NCBI GenBank assembly: GCA_037446635.1
Contig: JBBIIG010000001.1
Span: forward strand, 228,752-292,751
DNA length: 64,000 nt
Source: a bacterium
Lineage (GTDB): Bacteria > Zhuqueibacterota > Zhuqueibacteria > Oceanimicrobiales > Oceanimicrobiaceae
Direction of reading: 5' to 3'
Numbering within the stretch: position 1 is the stretch's first letter; every line of letters begins with the position of its first letter. The notes under the pieces were generated by a model that saw nothing but the letters and a program-made list of their open reading frames with translations, did not search any database and was not told the origin of the DNA. A program made the position numbers and the translations under genes. Shown one piece after another: positions 1-9,428 of this stretch.

Positions 1-761
1 ACCACTTGGCCCTCTAAAATATTCGAATGTCCAACAAAATTGGCCACGAAGCGATCGGCCGGCCGCTGGTAAATTTCCGCGGGCGCGCCCACTTGATGGC
101 ACACCCCGTCCTTCATCACCGCGATGCGGTCGGAAAGGGCGAGGGCTTCTTCCTGATCGTGGGTCACATAAATCGTGGTGATGCCCAATCGCCGCTGCAG
201 CGCCCGCAGCTCGTCGCGGGTTTCTTCCCGCAGCCGGGCGTCCAGATTGCTCAGTGGTTCATCCAGCAAAAGAATCACCGGCTCGATCACAATGGCGCGG
301 GCGATGGCCACCGACGGCAAGCGAAAGTGGGATAATGCCCAGAGCTGCTGGCCGCCGGAAAGCTCGGTTACTTTGCGCTGCTCGAAATCGGCCAGCTCCA
401 CTAATTTCAGGGCGTCGCGTACCCGCTGTTTGATGTCTGGCTTCGCTACGCCGCGCGCTTCAAGTCCAAACGCGGCATTCTTGAAAACCGTCATGTGCGG
501 GAACAGGGCATAGTTTTGAAAGACCATGCCGGTGTTGCGGCGATGGGGCGGCAGAAAGGTCACATCGCGATCATCAAAAAAAATTTGCCCGGCGGTGGGA
601 AACTCGAAGCCGGCAATCATGCGCAGGGTGGTGGTTTTGCCGCAGCCGCTGGGACCCAGCAGGCTGAAGAATTCCCCCTGCTGGATTTCAAGATCGAGAT
701 TGCTGACGGCCGCGGTTGCGCCGAAAAACTTGCTGAGATTTTTAAGAATGACTTTTGACAT
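1..761 (-). CDS. ABC transporter ATP-binding subunit (PotA/FbpC-like), 3' end runs off the window
   Basis: Manual minus-strand translation from ATG at 761: MSKVILKNLSK..GPSGCGKTT (Walker A)..VFQNYALFPHM..LSGGQQ..LLLDEPLSNLD (Walker B)..YVTHDQEEA. Absent from the ORF track because its stop is outside the window. Confidence 0.93.
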   Translation of the reverse strand, partial: MSKVILKNLSKFFGATAAVSNLDLEIQQGEFFSLLGPSGCGKTTTLRMIAGFEFPTAGQIFFDDRDVTFLPPHRRNTGMVFQNYALFPHMTVFKNAAFGLEARGVAKPDIKQRVRDALKLVELADFEQRKVTELSGGQQLWALSHFRLPSVAIARAIVIEPVILLLDEPLSNLDARLREETRDELRALQRRLGITTIYVTHDQEEALALSDRIAVMKDGVCHQVGAPAEIYQRPADRFVANFVGHSNILEGQV

Positions 762-764
762 GTA

Positions 765-793
765 TTGACATTCTTAGTCAAAATTATTATTCT
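765..793 (+). promoter_or_regulatory. sigma70-type promoter
   Basis: TTGACA(765-770)-17 nt-TATTCT(788-793). Confidence 0.5.
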
Positions 794-799
794 TGTGTC

Positions 800-989
800 G
801 TGAAAGAATTAACTTTCGAAACACTATTTAGGAATAGCCGCAGCCATATTAATTGCGCTGTTGGTCGGTGTCTTTTTTACAGAAACAAAGTTGCAAGCCT
901 TGAAAATAACCATGAGAATAGTAAGTTATGTTGCATTAATAGGTATTTCGCTATGGCTGCACACCTTAAGCAAGGACAAAGGCGAATAA
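800..989 (+). pseudogene. small two-TM membrane protein, apparently frameshifted near its start
   Basis: Frame from 819 reads KHYLGIAAAILIALLVGVFFTETKLQALKITMRIVSYVALIGISLWLHTLSKDKGE*; GTG at 800 joins it only if one T at 814-816 is removed. Confidence 0.35.
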
Positions 990-993
990 TAGA

Positions 994-1113
994 ATGTTCA
1001 GTGACCCATTCTACGTGGCCTTTTTAATTTTGATCCTATCAGTTATGGGCGGGGTCGGTCTAGTTTTGTTGTATGAAAAGTTGAGCACTAAGCAAAAAAA
1101 GAACAAAAGCTAG
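994..1113 (+). CDS. 39-aa single-TM microprotein
   Basis: MFSDPFYVAFLILILSVMGGVGLVLLYEKLSTKQKKNKS*: hydrophobic helix followed by a basic tail. Confidence 0.45.
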   Translation: MFSDPFYVAFLILILSVMGGVGLVLLYEKLSTKQKKNKS

Positions 1114-1161
1114 AAACCCTCGGCCGGCTCCTTATACTCAATCTTCATAATCGATTATCGA

Positions 1162-2196
1162 TCATCCCTTTCCCTTAATCCGCTCATCCCAATACTTCAT
1201 CCACTCCTGCGATTTCTCCGAAAATATTTTCCAATCGATGGGCATGGGACGAATTTCAGTGGCGGTGATCCACGGGGGTAATTTTTCTTTTGGAGTGTCT
1301 TTTCGCGTGGGAATGCGAAAATATTTTTCCGCCTGAATCACAAAGCTCTCGGTTGTGGTGATGAATTCATAAAATCGTTTTGCCCACTCCGGATGTTTGC
1401 AATTGGCGATGATAGCCAGTCCCTCCACCAGTACCGGCGTGCCGCTTTTGGGGATCACATAATCAAATGGATACTGGTAAACCTGTTTCTGCAGCTCGAT
1501 ATCCGGCATATTCCACAGCGTGATCAGCGCCTCCTGCCGCGCGACTTGCAAATACATCAGCGTGGGATTGGCGGGATAGGATTTGGTGTTGGCGTCTAAT
1601 TTTCGCAGCCACTCGTAGCCGCGTTCCGGCGAACCGGTTTCCTGATAAAAGCGCCAGATCATGGCCGAAAAAATGGCGCGCATGGTGCCGGAGGCTAGCG
1701 GGTAGCGAATGACGATTTTACCTTTCCATTTCGGGTCCAGCAAATCATCCCAGTCCTGCGGCGCGGTCTCGCGGGTCAGCACCTGCGAGTTGAAGGTGAT
1801 GACTTCCGGGGTAAGAAAAGTTCCGTACCAGCGGTGCAGCGAGTCCCGCTGCGAAAGCTCGATGTGTTCGGACCAACTGGGTTGGTACGGCTGCAGCAGA
1901 CCCTCTTCGGCGGCGATCATAAACATGTCGGAGGGCGCACCCCACCAGATGTCCGCTTGCGGGTTGCTTTTTTCGGAGCGCACGCGATCGAGCACATCCT
2001 GCGAACCCATGTCCAACCACTGCACGCGCACACCGGGATGGGCCGCTTCAAAGCGGCGGGCGAAGTCATCCACTAACTCTTTGCCGTGCGGGGAATAGAT
2101 GACGACGCGATCCTCTCTGACGCGATCGGTGGAGGCGCCGCAGCCAAACACAAAAAGGAAAAATATCAGGAAGTAAACGAGTGATGATTTTTGCAT
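1162..2196 (-). CDS. ABC transporter substrate-binding lipoprotein (Fe3+/polyamine-type SBP family)
   Basis: Lipobox VFGC; PQADIWWG, PQDWDDLLDPKWKGKI and P..SGT motifs; upstream of the ABC ATPase on the same strand. Confidence 0.88.
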   Translation of the reverse strand: MQKSSLVYFLIFFLFVFGCGASTDRVREDRVVIYSPHGKELVDDFARRFEAAHPGVRVQWLDMGSQDVLDRVRSEKSNPQADIWWGAPSDMFMIAAEEGLLQPYQPSWSEHIELSQRDSLHRWYGTFLTPEVITFNSQVLTRETAPQDWDDLLDPKWKGKIVIRYPLASGTMRAIFSAMIWRFYQETGSPERGYEWLRKLDANTKSYPANPTLMYLQVARQEALITLWNMPDIELQKQVYQYPFDYVIPKSGTPVLVEGLAIIANCKHPEWAKRFYEFITTTESFVIQAEKYFRIPTRKDTPKEKLPPWITATEIRPMPIDWKIFSEKSQEWMKYWDERIKGKG

Positions 2197-2247
2197 GGCG
2201 AAAAATAGCGAACGACGACAAAAAAGTCAAAGGCTATTTCCGCAAGC

Positions 2248-2278
2248 ACCTTGCGAAGGCTTGAAGCCTTCGCAAGGT
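2248..2278. repeat. perfect palindrome, 15-bp arms
   Basis: ACCTTGCGAAGGCTT-G-AAGCCTTCGCAAGGT. Confidence 0.85.
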
Positions 2279-2288
2279 TGAAACGAGG

Positions 2289-4022
2289 TCACTGCTCCAA
2301 ATTCTTCTCCCGCGCCACCGTCGCCACAAACGGCGCGGAGCGCGGCACTTTGGGCAAGCCGAGAATCTCGCGGGCGCGGTTGAGGGCGTCGTCGATGTTG
2401 CCAAAAACATTGTCTTCGTGAATTTTATCAAGCAGGCCGGCGCGCTGCATGGTCACCAGCGGCTGCGCATGGACGCCAGAGAGGATCAATATGGTTCCTT
2501 CTTTTTTGGTTTTCTCGAACACGTCTTCCAGCGCGCGCAAGCCAGTGGCATCCAGCGCGAAGACATGGCGCATGCGCAGAATCAGAATCTTCGGCGCCTT
2601 TTCCACGGTGCGCAAAGCATCCTTAAATTTGTCGGCAGCGCCAAAAAAAAAGGTGCCGTAAATTTCAAACACTTCCACCCCGGGCGGCACCTCGCGCCTG
2701 GCGATAGAATTAGGATCGTCGGTTTCTTCCTCGTCCTCTTGCAGCGATTTGGTGACGTAGCCCATCTGTGTAACATTGGCCATGCGCCGCATAAACAGCA
2801 GCGCCGCCAGCACCACGCCAGCTTGAATCGCAACCGTAAGATCCACCAGCACGGTGAGCAGAAACGTGATCATCAAAACGGCAAAATCGCTTTTGGGGCT
2901 TTTGAAAATTTTGACAAACAAATGCCACTCGCTCATGTTATAAGCAACCACTAACAGAATCGCCGCCAGAGTTGGCATGGGGATGAGTACCGCCCATTTG
3001 CCGAAGAAAAGCATGATCAGCAAAAGGGTGACGGCGTGGACGATCCCGGCAACCGGCGTGCGGCCGCCGTTTTTAATGTTGGTGGCGGTGCGGGCGATGG
3101 CACCGGTCGCGGGAATGCCGCCAAAAACCGGCGAGGCGATGTTGGCGATGCCCTGCCCGATCAATTCCATATTTGAGCGGTGGCGGCTGCCGGTCATGCC
3201 GTCGGCCACCACAGCCGACAGCAGCGACTCAATGCCGGCCAACAGTGCGATGGTCAGCGCTGGTTGAAATAATTTTTGCACCAGCTCAAGAGTTATGCTC
3301 GGCAAACGCGGCGCCGGCAGCGTGTTGGGAACGCTGCCGAAGCGGCTGCCAATCGTATCAACAGAAAGGTTTAGGATGCTCACGGCCGCCGTGGTAACGA
3401 GAAGCGCAATCAACGAACCGGGTATGCGATGGGTTATCAGCGGCCAAAATCGGATAATCAACAACGCCATCAACCCGATACCCAGCGCTTGATAATTGAA
3501 GGTGGCGGCGTGCTCGACGTACGCCAGGCATTTTTCAATAAATTCAGCGGGGACGTTTGAAATTTGCAGCCCCAAAAAGTCGCGAACCTGAGTTACGGCG
3601 ATAATCAGCGCAATGCCGGCGGTGAAGCCGACGGTCACGGGATACGGGATGAACTTGATAATCGCGCCGAAACCCGCCAACCCCATCATAACCAGCAGCA
3701 CGCCGGCGATAAGCGTGGCGACGGCCAGCCCGTTGTAGCCGTGTTGCGCCACGATGCTGTAAACGATCACGATGAACGCGCCAGTGGGACCGCCAATCTG
3801 CACCCGGCTGCCGCTTAACACAGAAATCAAAACTCCAGCTACTACGGCTGTGTACAACCCTTGCTCCGGTTTGACACCGGAGGCAATGGCAAAGGCAATC
3901 GCCAGCGGCAGCGCCACGATCCCCACAATCACTCCGGCGACGAGATCATGGGTGAGCTGTTGGCGTGAATACCCCTCCCGGAAAATAGTTATCAACTTTG
4001 GCTCGAGCCTGGTGTGCGGCAT
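2289..4022 (-). CDS. SulP/SLC26 family anion transporter with STAS domain (DauA/YchM-like)
   Basis: [37 protein letters not shown] motifs; C-terminal STAS (FFGAA..LDATG); start taken at MPHTRL. Confidence 0.93.
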   Translation of the reverse strand: MPHTRLEPKLITIFREGYSRQQLTHDLVAGVIVGIVALPLAIAFAIASGVKPEQGLYTAVVAGVLISVLSGSRVQIGGPTGAFIVIVYSIVAQHGYNGLAVATLIAGVLLVMMGLAGFGAIIKFIPYPVTVGFTAGIALIIAVTQVRDFLGLQISNVPAEFIEKCLAYVEHAATFNYQALGIGLMALLIIRFWPLITHRIPGSLIALLVTTAAVSILNLSVDTIGSRFGSVPNTLPAPRLPSITLELVQKLFQPALTIALLAGIESLLSAVVADGMTGSRHRSNMELIGQGIANIASPVFGGIPATGAIARTATNIKNGGRTPVAGIVHAVTLLLIMLFFGKWAVLIPMPTLAAILLVVAYNMSEWHLFVKIFKSPKSDFAVLMITFLLTVLVDLTVAIQAGVVLAALLFMRRMANVTQMGYVTKSLQEDEEETDDPNSIARREVPPGVEVFEIYGTFFFGAADKFKDALRTVEKAPKILILRMRHVFALDATGLRALEDVFEKTKKEGTILILSGVHAQPLVTMQRAGLLDKIHEDNVFGNIDDALNRAREILGLPKVPRSAPFVATVAREKNLEQ

Positions 4023-4174
4023 AAAACCTGATTTCCTGTTACTAAAAATAAATGGCCAAAATACAAAATCAGGATACTTTAACAAAACTAAAATTTGGTT
4101 AAAGCGGGAAAATTTTAGCGGTTAAGTTGAGTTAAAGGGATTGAGAACCTAACATAATCTTTCCTCCTCCCTCC

Positions 4175-4214
4175 AAGAACCGTCCGCGCTGAGTCGTGGG
4201 CGGTTCTTTTTTTT
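4175..4214 (+). terminator. intrinsic terminator
   Basis: AAGAACCGTCCGCG-ctgagt-CGTGGGCGGTTCTT stem running into a T8 tract. Confidence 0.65.
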
Positions 4215-4245
4215 GGTAAGCTGGAAGTTTACCAAGTTAATAGCA

Positions 4246-4545
4246 TCACGCCCAATCTGGCCAATCAATCGTTCGCCAGAATCGATAGGCAAGCTCCCAG
4301 GCAATCGCCCCAATTATGATTCCAAACCCGATGATCACATAATGGATGAGAACGAATCGCGCCTGTGCAAAATGGTATCCAAACAGCGCGCTGAAAATAA
4401 CCACGCTGCCAAAACAGGCGTATTTCGCCAGATGCCAGAGCTTGTTCAAATCGCGGTTGCCTTTGGAAAAAGCGATGCCGTCCATCAGCGAGTTGCATAA
4501 AAATCCAAAAACGATCAACAGGCCGATAACAATTGCCGAGCCCAT
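4246..4545 (-). CDS. small three-TM membrane protein, unknown function
   Basis: 99 aa with hydrophobic segments; strong RBS AAGGAGG upstream. Confidence 0.7.
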   Translation of the reverse strand: MGSAIVIGLLIVFGFLCNSLMDGIAFSKGNRDLNKLWHLAKYACFGSVVIFSALFGYHFAQARFVLIHYVIIGFGIIIGAIAWELAYRFWRTIDWPDWA

Positions 4546-4663
4546 ACTTTGCCTCCTTTCTTAAATAATTTTTCAGCTACAATTAAACGTCGTGCTGGAT
4601 GTTCAAAAAAGTGATATTGAAAATTTGCTATTTTTTCAAGCCGCAACCTCGAGATTTTGATTG

Positions 4664-4692
4664 TTGACATTCCAAAATAATCTCTATACATT
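4664..4692 (+). promoter_or_regulatory. sigma70-type promoter
   Basis: TTGACA-17 nt-TACATT upstream of the lipoprotein/pullulanase genes. Confidence 0.5.
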
Positions 4693-4721
4693 GTTTTGGT
4701 TATTCTGCTTGGGAGAATTGT

Positions 4722-5051
4722 ATGAGCAAAATTTTCTTATTGGTCATCCTTCTAATGGCAGCATCTTGCGCCGTCATGAAAAAAAACGAAAATGAAAGCC
4801 GGCCCAAGACCACCGTGAAAGTGGAAAACCGTAATTGGCTCGATATGGACATTTATGTTCTCCACAGCTCGCAGCGAATACGGCTCGGCACGGTCACCGG
4901 TCTAAGCGAAAAAACTCTCATCATTCCAAATCACGTGCTGGGCGCGCCAACCCTGCGATTTGTTGCAGACCCCATCGGCGCACGCGGCCAGTCGGTCACT
5001 CACGACATCGCGGTTCTACCCGGCGATCAAATCATCCTCTACATTCCTTAA
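4722..5051 (+). CDS. small lipoprotein, unknown function
   Basis: Lipobox AASC after a hydrophobic signal; beta-rich mature part. Confidence 0.75.
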   Translation: MSKIFLLVILLMAASCAVMKKNENESRPKTTVKVENRNWLDMDIYVLHSSQRIRLGTVTGLSEKTLIIPNHVLGAPTLRFVADPIGARGQSVTHDIAVLPGDQIILYIP

Positions 5052-5058
5052 CTCTTTT

Positions 5059-7365
5059 ATGCCCAAGTTTCCAGCCATTCTTTTCGATATAAAAGTAGTG
5101 ACCTTAATTGGCTTATTTTGTCATCCGACGCTGGCACAAGAACATAGGGAGCCCGATATGACCAAAATGGTTTCGGCAAAAGCCCTGGACCAAATTCACA
5201 TTCAGATAGATTTCGAAAACGAAAAGTACACGTTCTCAAAAAATGATGTGAAGCTCGCCGGCGCCGAGATTCTCGAGATTAAAGCCGAGGGAAACTCGGT
5301 CTTCCTGAAAACCAGCGCCCTGGACTATCGAAAGAATTATTACGTTGGCATCAAAAGATATGGTAAACTCCCGGTTGATTTGGGAGTTCTACTGGATGAA
5401 CTGAAATCCGAAAAACCACTGGGCTGCATCGTTGAAAACGGCCAAACCGTCTTCCGCGTGTTTGCACCTCGGGCCACCTCAGTGACGCTGGTGTTATTTG
5501 AAACCCACGCTGACTCCACTGGCTCAGAATTCAACATGCAAAAAGACTCGGAGGGCGTTTGGGAGTTTGCCATCGAAGGAACTCAATGGGGAAAATACTA
5601 CGGCTACAAAGTAGCGGGGCCTGTCGACGCGACCGAGCAATTCGCCCCCAAAACCGTCATCGCCGACCCGTACTCGAAAGCGGTGTGCACGAAAAACTCG
5701 TATCTCCACGAAGCCAAAAGCATCATCCTCAAAACCGATGACTACGATTGGGAAGGCGACGCGCCGCTCTCCATTAAATGGGAAGACCTGATCATCTACG
5801 AAGCGCACGTGCGCGACCTGACCGCGCATCCCTCTTCCGGCGCTAAAGAAAAAGGCACGTACCGAGGTTTCATTGAAACCGGAACCCGCGGCGGCGTGAA
5901 TCACATTCTGGAATTGGGGGCGAACGCGGTGGAGCTGCTCCCCATTCATGAATTCGGCAACATCGAAATTCCGTACCAGAAAAACGTCAACGGCGTGGTC
6001 AACACCTGGAATCCCTACGAACGCAATCACTGGGGCTACATGACGTCGTACTTTTTCGCCCCGGAGTCCTATTACGCCAGCGACGGCAATATGCGCCCCG
6101 GCGACTACTGCGGAATTCGCGGCCAGCAGGTGAACGAATTCAAAGACCTGGTGAAAGCCTTGCACAAAAAAGGCATCGCGGTGATTCTCGACGTGGTTTA
6201 CAATCACGTCTCGGAATACGATCTCAATGCGCTCAAGTACATCGACAAGAAGTACTACTTCCGCCTCGATCCCAAAATGGATTTCGTGGCGCTCAGCGGC
6301 TGCGGCAACGATTTCAAAACCGCGCGGCCGATGGCGCGGCGGCTGATCGTTGACAGCGTCAAATACTGGCTGCAAGAATATCACATCGATGGCTTCCGTT
6401 TCGATCTGGCGACGCTCATCGATTGGGAGACGGTGGAGGCAATCACGGAGGCCGCCAAGAAAGTTAATCCAAATGTGATCTTGATCGCCGAGCCCTGGGG
6501 CGGCGGCAAATACGATCTCGGCGGATTCTCGCAGCGCGGCTGGGGCGCGTGGAACGATCTCATCCGCAATGGCGTCAAAGGCCAAAATCCGCACAACGCG
6601 CCGGGCTGGATTTTCGGCAGCTTCTGCTGCGGCAACAATCCGAAAACTCTCGCGGCTTACGTGCGCGGCTCGACGCACGAATACGGCGGGCCGTTTGTGA
6701 AGCCAGCGCATTCGATCAACTATCTTGAGTCGCACGACGATCACACCCTTGGCGATTTCATTCGCATCGCCAGCGGTGAAGTCGATCCGTCGCAGCCGGT
6801 CAATGGCGAGTACGCGAAGCTTACTTCTTCGCAACTCAAGCTTCACAAACTGGCGGCGGTGTTTCTTTTCACCAGCCAGGGGCCGATCATGATTTCCGAG
6901 GGGCAGGAATTTGGCCGCAGCAAAGTCATCGCGCCCACTGACGCGCCCGATGAACACGTCGGCTTCATCGATCACAATTCCTACAACAAAGACAACGAAA
7001 CCAACTGGCTCAACTTCGATCACAAAGAAATGAATCGCGAGCTAGTGGATTACTACCGCGGGTTGATTGATTTGAGAAAAAATCATCGCGCCCTGCGTTG
7101 GACGCCCGGCGAGAAGATCCATTTCCTCAAATCCGAGAGCCCGTTTGCGCTTGGTTTTCATCTCCCCAAAGAAGCGTCGGGAGATAAGTGGGATTTCGTT
7201 GTGCTGATGAATGCGAATCCTGAGCAAACAGTTTCATTTGATTTGCCCAAGGGATTTTGGCGGAAAGTGGTGGACGGGCAGCGCGCCGGCAGAGAACCGT
7301 TTGGGGAGATCATTTCGGAAAAAGTAACGGCGCCAGCGGTGACAGGTGTGGTTTTAATCCAATAA
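5059..7365 (+). CDS. type I pullulanase/isoamylase-like GH13 with CBM48, probably secreted
   Basis: FRVFAPRA, ADPYSK, IYEAHVRD, WGY, LDVVYNH, IDGFRFDL, AEPW, YLESHDD; start uncertain. Confidence 0.92.
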   Translation: MPKFPAILFDIKVVTLIGLFCHPTLAQEHREPDMTKMVSAKALDQIHIQIDFENEKYTFSKNDVKLAGAEILEIKAEGNSVFLKTSALDYRKNYYVGIKRYGKLPVDLGVLLDELKSEKPLGCIVENGQTVFRVFAPRATSVTLVLFETHADSTGSEFNMQKDSEGVWEFAIEGTQWGKYYGYKVAGPVDATEQFAPKTVIADPYSKAVCTKNSYLHEAKSIILKTDDYDWEGDAPLSIKWEDLIIYEAHVRDLTAHPSSGAKEKGTYRGFIETGTRGGVNHILELGANAVELLPIHEFGNIEIPYQKNVNGVVNTWNPYERNHWGYMTSYFFAPESYYASDGNMRPGDYCGIRGQQVNEFKDLVKALHKKGIAVILDVVYNHVSEYDLNALKYIDKKYYFRLDPKMDFVALSGCGNDFKTARPMARRLIVDSVKYWLQEYHIDGFRFDLATLIDWETVEAITEAAKKVNPNVILIAEPWGGGKYDLGGFSQRGWGAWNDLIRNGVKGQNPHNAPGWIFGSFCCGNNPKTLAAYVRGSTHEYGGPFVKPAHSINYLESHDDHTLGDFIRIASGEVDPSQPVNGEYAKLTSSQLKLHKLAAVFLFTSQGPIMISEGQEFGRSKVIAPTDAPDEHVGFIDHNSYNKDNETNWLNFDHKEMNRELVDYYRGLIDLRKNHRALRWTPGEKIHFLKSESPFALGFHLPKEASGDKWDFVVLMNANPEQTVSFDLPKGFWRKVVDGQRAGREPFGEIISEKVTAPAVTGVVLIQ

Positions 7366-7376
7366 TCAAAGAACAA

Positions 7377-7823
7377 TTATTTTTTACTAAGATGCGGGTA
7401 CCCTTTCTCTCCCCCATCCCCATTCGAAACCGGAAACCCCAGCTCCGCCCAACCTTTCTGCACCACGTTGCCGAACATATCGCGCTTGCCGCTAAACCCG
7501 CCATCGACGTTGGCTAAATTCTGGTAGCCCACCTGCTCCAGAATTTGACACGCCAGGTACGAACGCGGCCCCGCAGCGCAGCCAATAATCAGTTTCGCGT
7601 CCTTTGCAAAATTCCTTTCGAACACGTCCACAAAATCAGGATTGTCTTCCATCATCTGAATTTCGGAGTTAAAATCTTTGATGGGAATATTATAGGCCTC
7701 CGCGGGACGCCCTTTTTGAAACTCCAATTGCGAACGGACGTCCACGTAAACGTAGCCGTCGTTTTTATCCAAAAGCTCCTTGGCTTGCGCCGGGGTTATT
7801 TGTTTGAATGGCATCGTTTTCAC
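7377..7823 (-). CDS. rhodanese-like domain protein
   Basis: VDVRSQLEFQKG, active-site loop GCAAGPRS, NVDGG. Confidence 0.85.
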   Translation of the reverse strand: MKTMPFKQITPAQAKELLDKNDGYVYVDVRSQLEFQKGRPAEAYNIPIKDFNSEIQMMEDNPDFVDVFERNFAKDAKLIIGCAAGPRSYLACQILEQVGYQNLANVDGGFSGKRDMFGNVVQKGWAELGFPVSNGDGGEKGYPHLSKK

Positions 7824-7840
7824 TCCTTTGCTTGTTACCG

Positions 7841-7873
7841 GCGTTTACTAAACCTTAAAGGTTTAGTAAACGC
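7841..7873. repeat. perfect palindrome, 16-bp arms
   Basis: GCGTTTACTAAACCTT-A-AAGGTTTAGTAAACGC. Confidence 0.85.
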
Positions 7874-7955
7874 TACAAAGCTTTTTCATTGCAACTTTGT
7901 GAGAGCCTGCTAAATTAATTTGCAAAATATAAAAAAACCGAGGGAGGAAATCCAA

Positions 7956-9257
7956 TTGAAAATTTCGAGAATGATTCTAACGCTTCTCAGCTTTATCTGC
8001 GCCGTCTCTTCTGCAAAAGCAAGCGGTACCAACGAGATGTACGGCAAGCCCCTCAAAGAAATCCGCATCTCCGGCGCGCGTTATACCGACACTCACATCC
8101 TCACCCGCGAGCTGGCGTCCAAAGTCGGCCAGCCCTATTTGAAAGAGAACGCCGAAAAAGATTATGCCCGGCTGGATCGGCTGGATATTTTCAGCTCAGT
8201 TAAAATTACGCCGCTGTTAGAAAATGATAGCGTGGCGCTGCAAATCGACGTGAAAGAAATTTTCCCGTACCTGCCCTTTTTCAGTTACGAAGTTACGGAC
8301 GAAAACGGCTTTGCCGGCGGGCCGGGATTTCAATCGGTGAACTTGCTGCGGCGCGATATTTTCTTTTTTGGCGCGGCGCGCTTCGGCGGCGCCACCAACA
8401 TCAATTTTTTGTACGAAAACCCGTGGATTGCCGGCAACCATTTTTCGGTGCGGTTTGAATTTTATCAGCGCGACCGCTTCAACGATCTCGATGATTTCAA
8501 CGAAATCGCCAGCGAAGCCAATTTGCAAATTGGCAGCTTCATCGGCGAGTACGGCCGCATCGGCGGGCGGCTCGGTTTTCTTTCCATCAAAAGCGATTCC
8601 GCGGGGCGCACGCTCGCGACCAGCAATCGCGACAACCTGCCGACCCTCGGATTTTATATCGGATACGACAGCCGCGACCTGTGGTCGAATCCCCACCGCG
8701 GCTGGCACAATGAATTCGAGATTTCCAAAAGCGGCGGCTTGCTCGGCGCGGACGGCGACTACTGGTCGTTTACGTTCGATGTTCGCCGGTACCTGCCCAT
8801 CATTAATCGCCACACCCTCGCGATCTTCTCCCTCGCCACCTTGCGCATCGGCGACGTGGGCGACGAAATTCCACCGCATCAGGATTTTCACATCGGCGGC
8901 ACCAACAGCGTGCGCGGCTGGGAATTGGATTCGCGGCGCGGCAAGCATCAGTTCCTCAACACCGCGGAATATCGCTTCACACTGCTGGAACCGCGTCTGC
9001 TCACCGCGCCTTTTGGACTAACCTTCGACATCGGACTCCAACTCGCCCTCTTCGGCGATCTCGGCATCGCGTGGGACGAATCCGAGCAATTCAAGTCCGA
9101 TAACTTCATCGGCGGCTTCGGTTTTGGTCTGCGGTTTCTCGTTCCCTTCGTCAACATGTTCCGCGTGGATTTTGGCTTCGGCGAGCCGGGGGAAAGCATT
9201 CGGCTGCACATCGGCGCATTTGAGAAACCGGTGGCGCAGCGGTTCCGGGTGCGGTAA
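7956..9257 (+). CDS. Omp85/BamA-TamA family outer-membrane protein with one POTRA domain
   Basis: Signal peptide; POTRA (IRISG..ILTREL); barrel motifs IGGTNSVRGW, LFGDLG, GFGLRF; TTG start after GGAGGA. Confidence 0.85.
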   Translation: MKISRMILTLLSFICAVSSAKASGTNEMYGKPLKEIRISGARYTDTHILTRELASKVGQPYLKENAEKDYARLDRLDIFSSVKITPLLENDSVALQIDVKEIFPYLPFFSYEVTDENGFAGGPGFQSVNLLRRDIFFFGAARFGGATNINFLYENPWIAGNHFSVRFEFYQRDRFNDLDDFNEIASEANLQIGSFIGEYGRIGGRLGFLSIKSDSAGRTLATSNRDNLPTLGFYIGYDSRDLWSNPHRGWHNEFEISKSGGLLGADGDYWSFTFDVRRYLPIINRHTLAIFSLATLRIGDVGDEIPPHQDFHIGGTNSVRGWELDSRRGKHQFLNTAEYRFTLLEPRLLTAPFGLTFDIGLQLALFGDLGIAWDESEQFKSDNFIGGFGFGLRFLVPFVNMFRVDFGFGEPGESIRLHIGAFEKPVAQRFRVR

Positions 9258-9261
9258 AATG

Positions 9262-9288
9262 TCAAACACCGTCTCAGACGGTGTTTGA
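9262..9288. repeat. perfect palindrome, 13-bp arms, between convergent genes
   Basis: TCAAACACCGTCT-C-AGACGGTGTTTGA. Confidence 0.8.
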
Positions 9289-9428
9289 TCGGTTATCAAA
9301 ATCAACCAAAAATTTCTGACACGCCAAATGGCGCTGAATTTGACCCGGCGATCTTGCATTATTGGGGAAGAATATGCCTGCCTGCATCTGCGAAGACGGA
9401 TCCGCCAAGCGAACACACGCCAGTAAAA

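Noticed and set aside
27..768. Plus-strand ORFs at the left edge
   Set aside because: Antisense shadows of the minus-strand ABC ATPase
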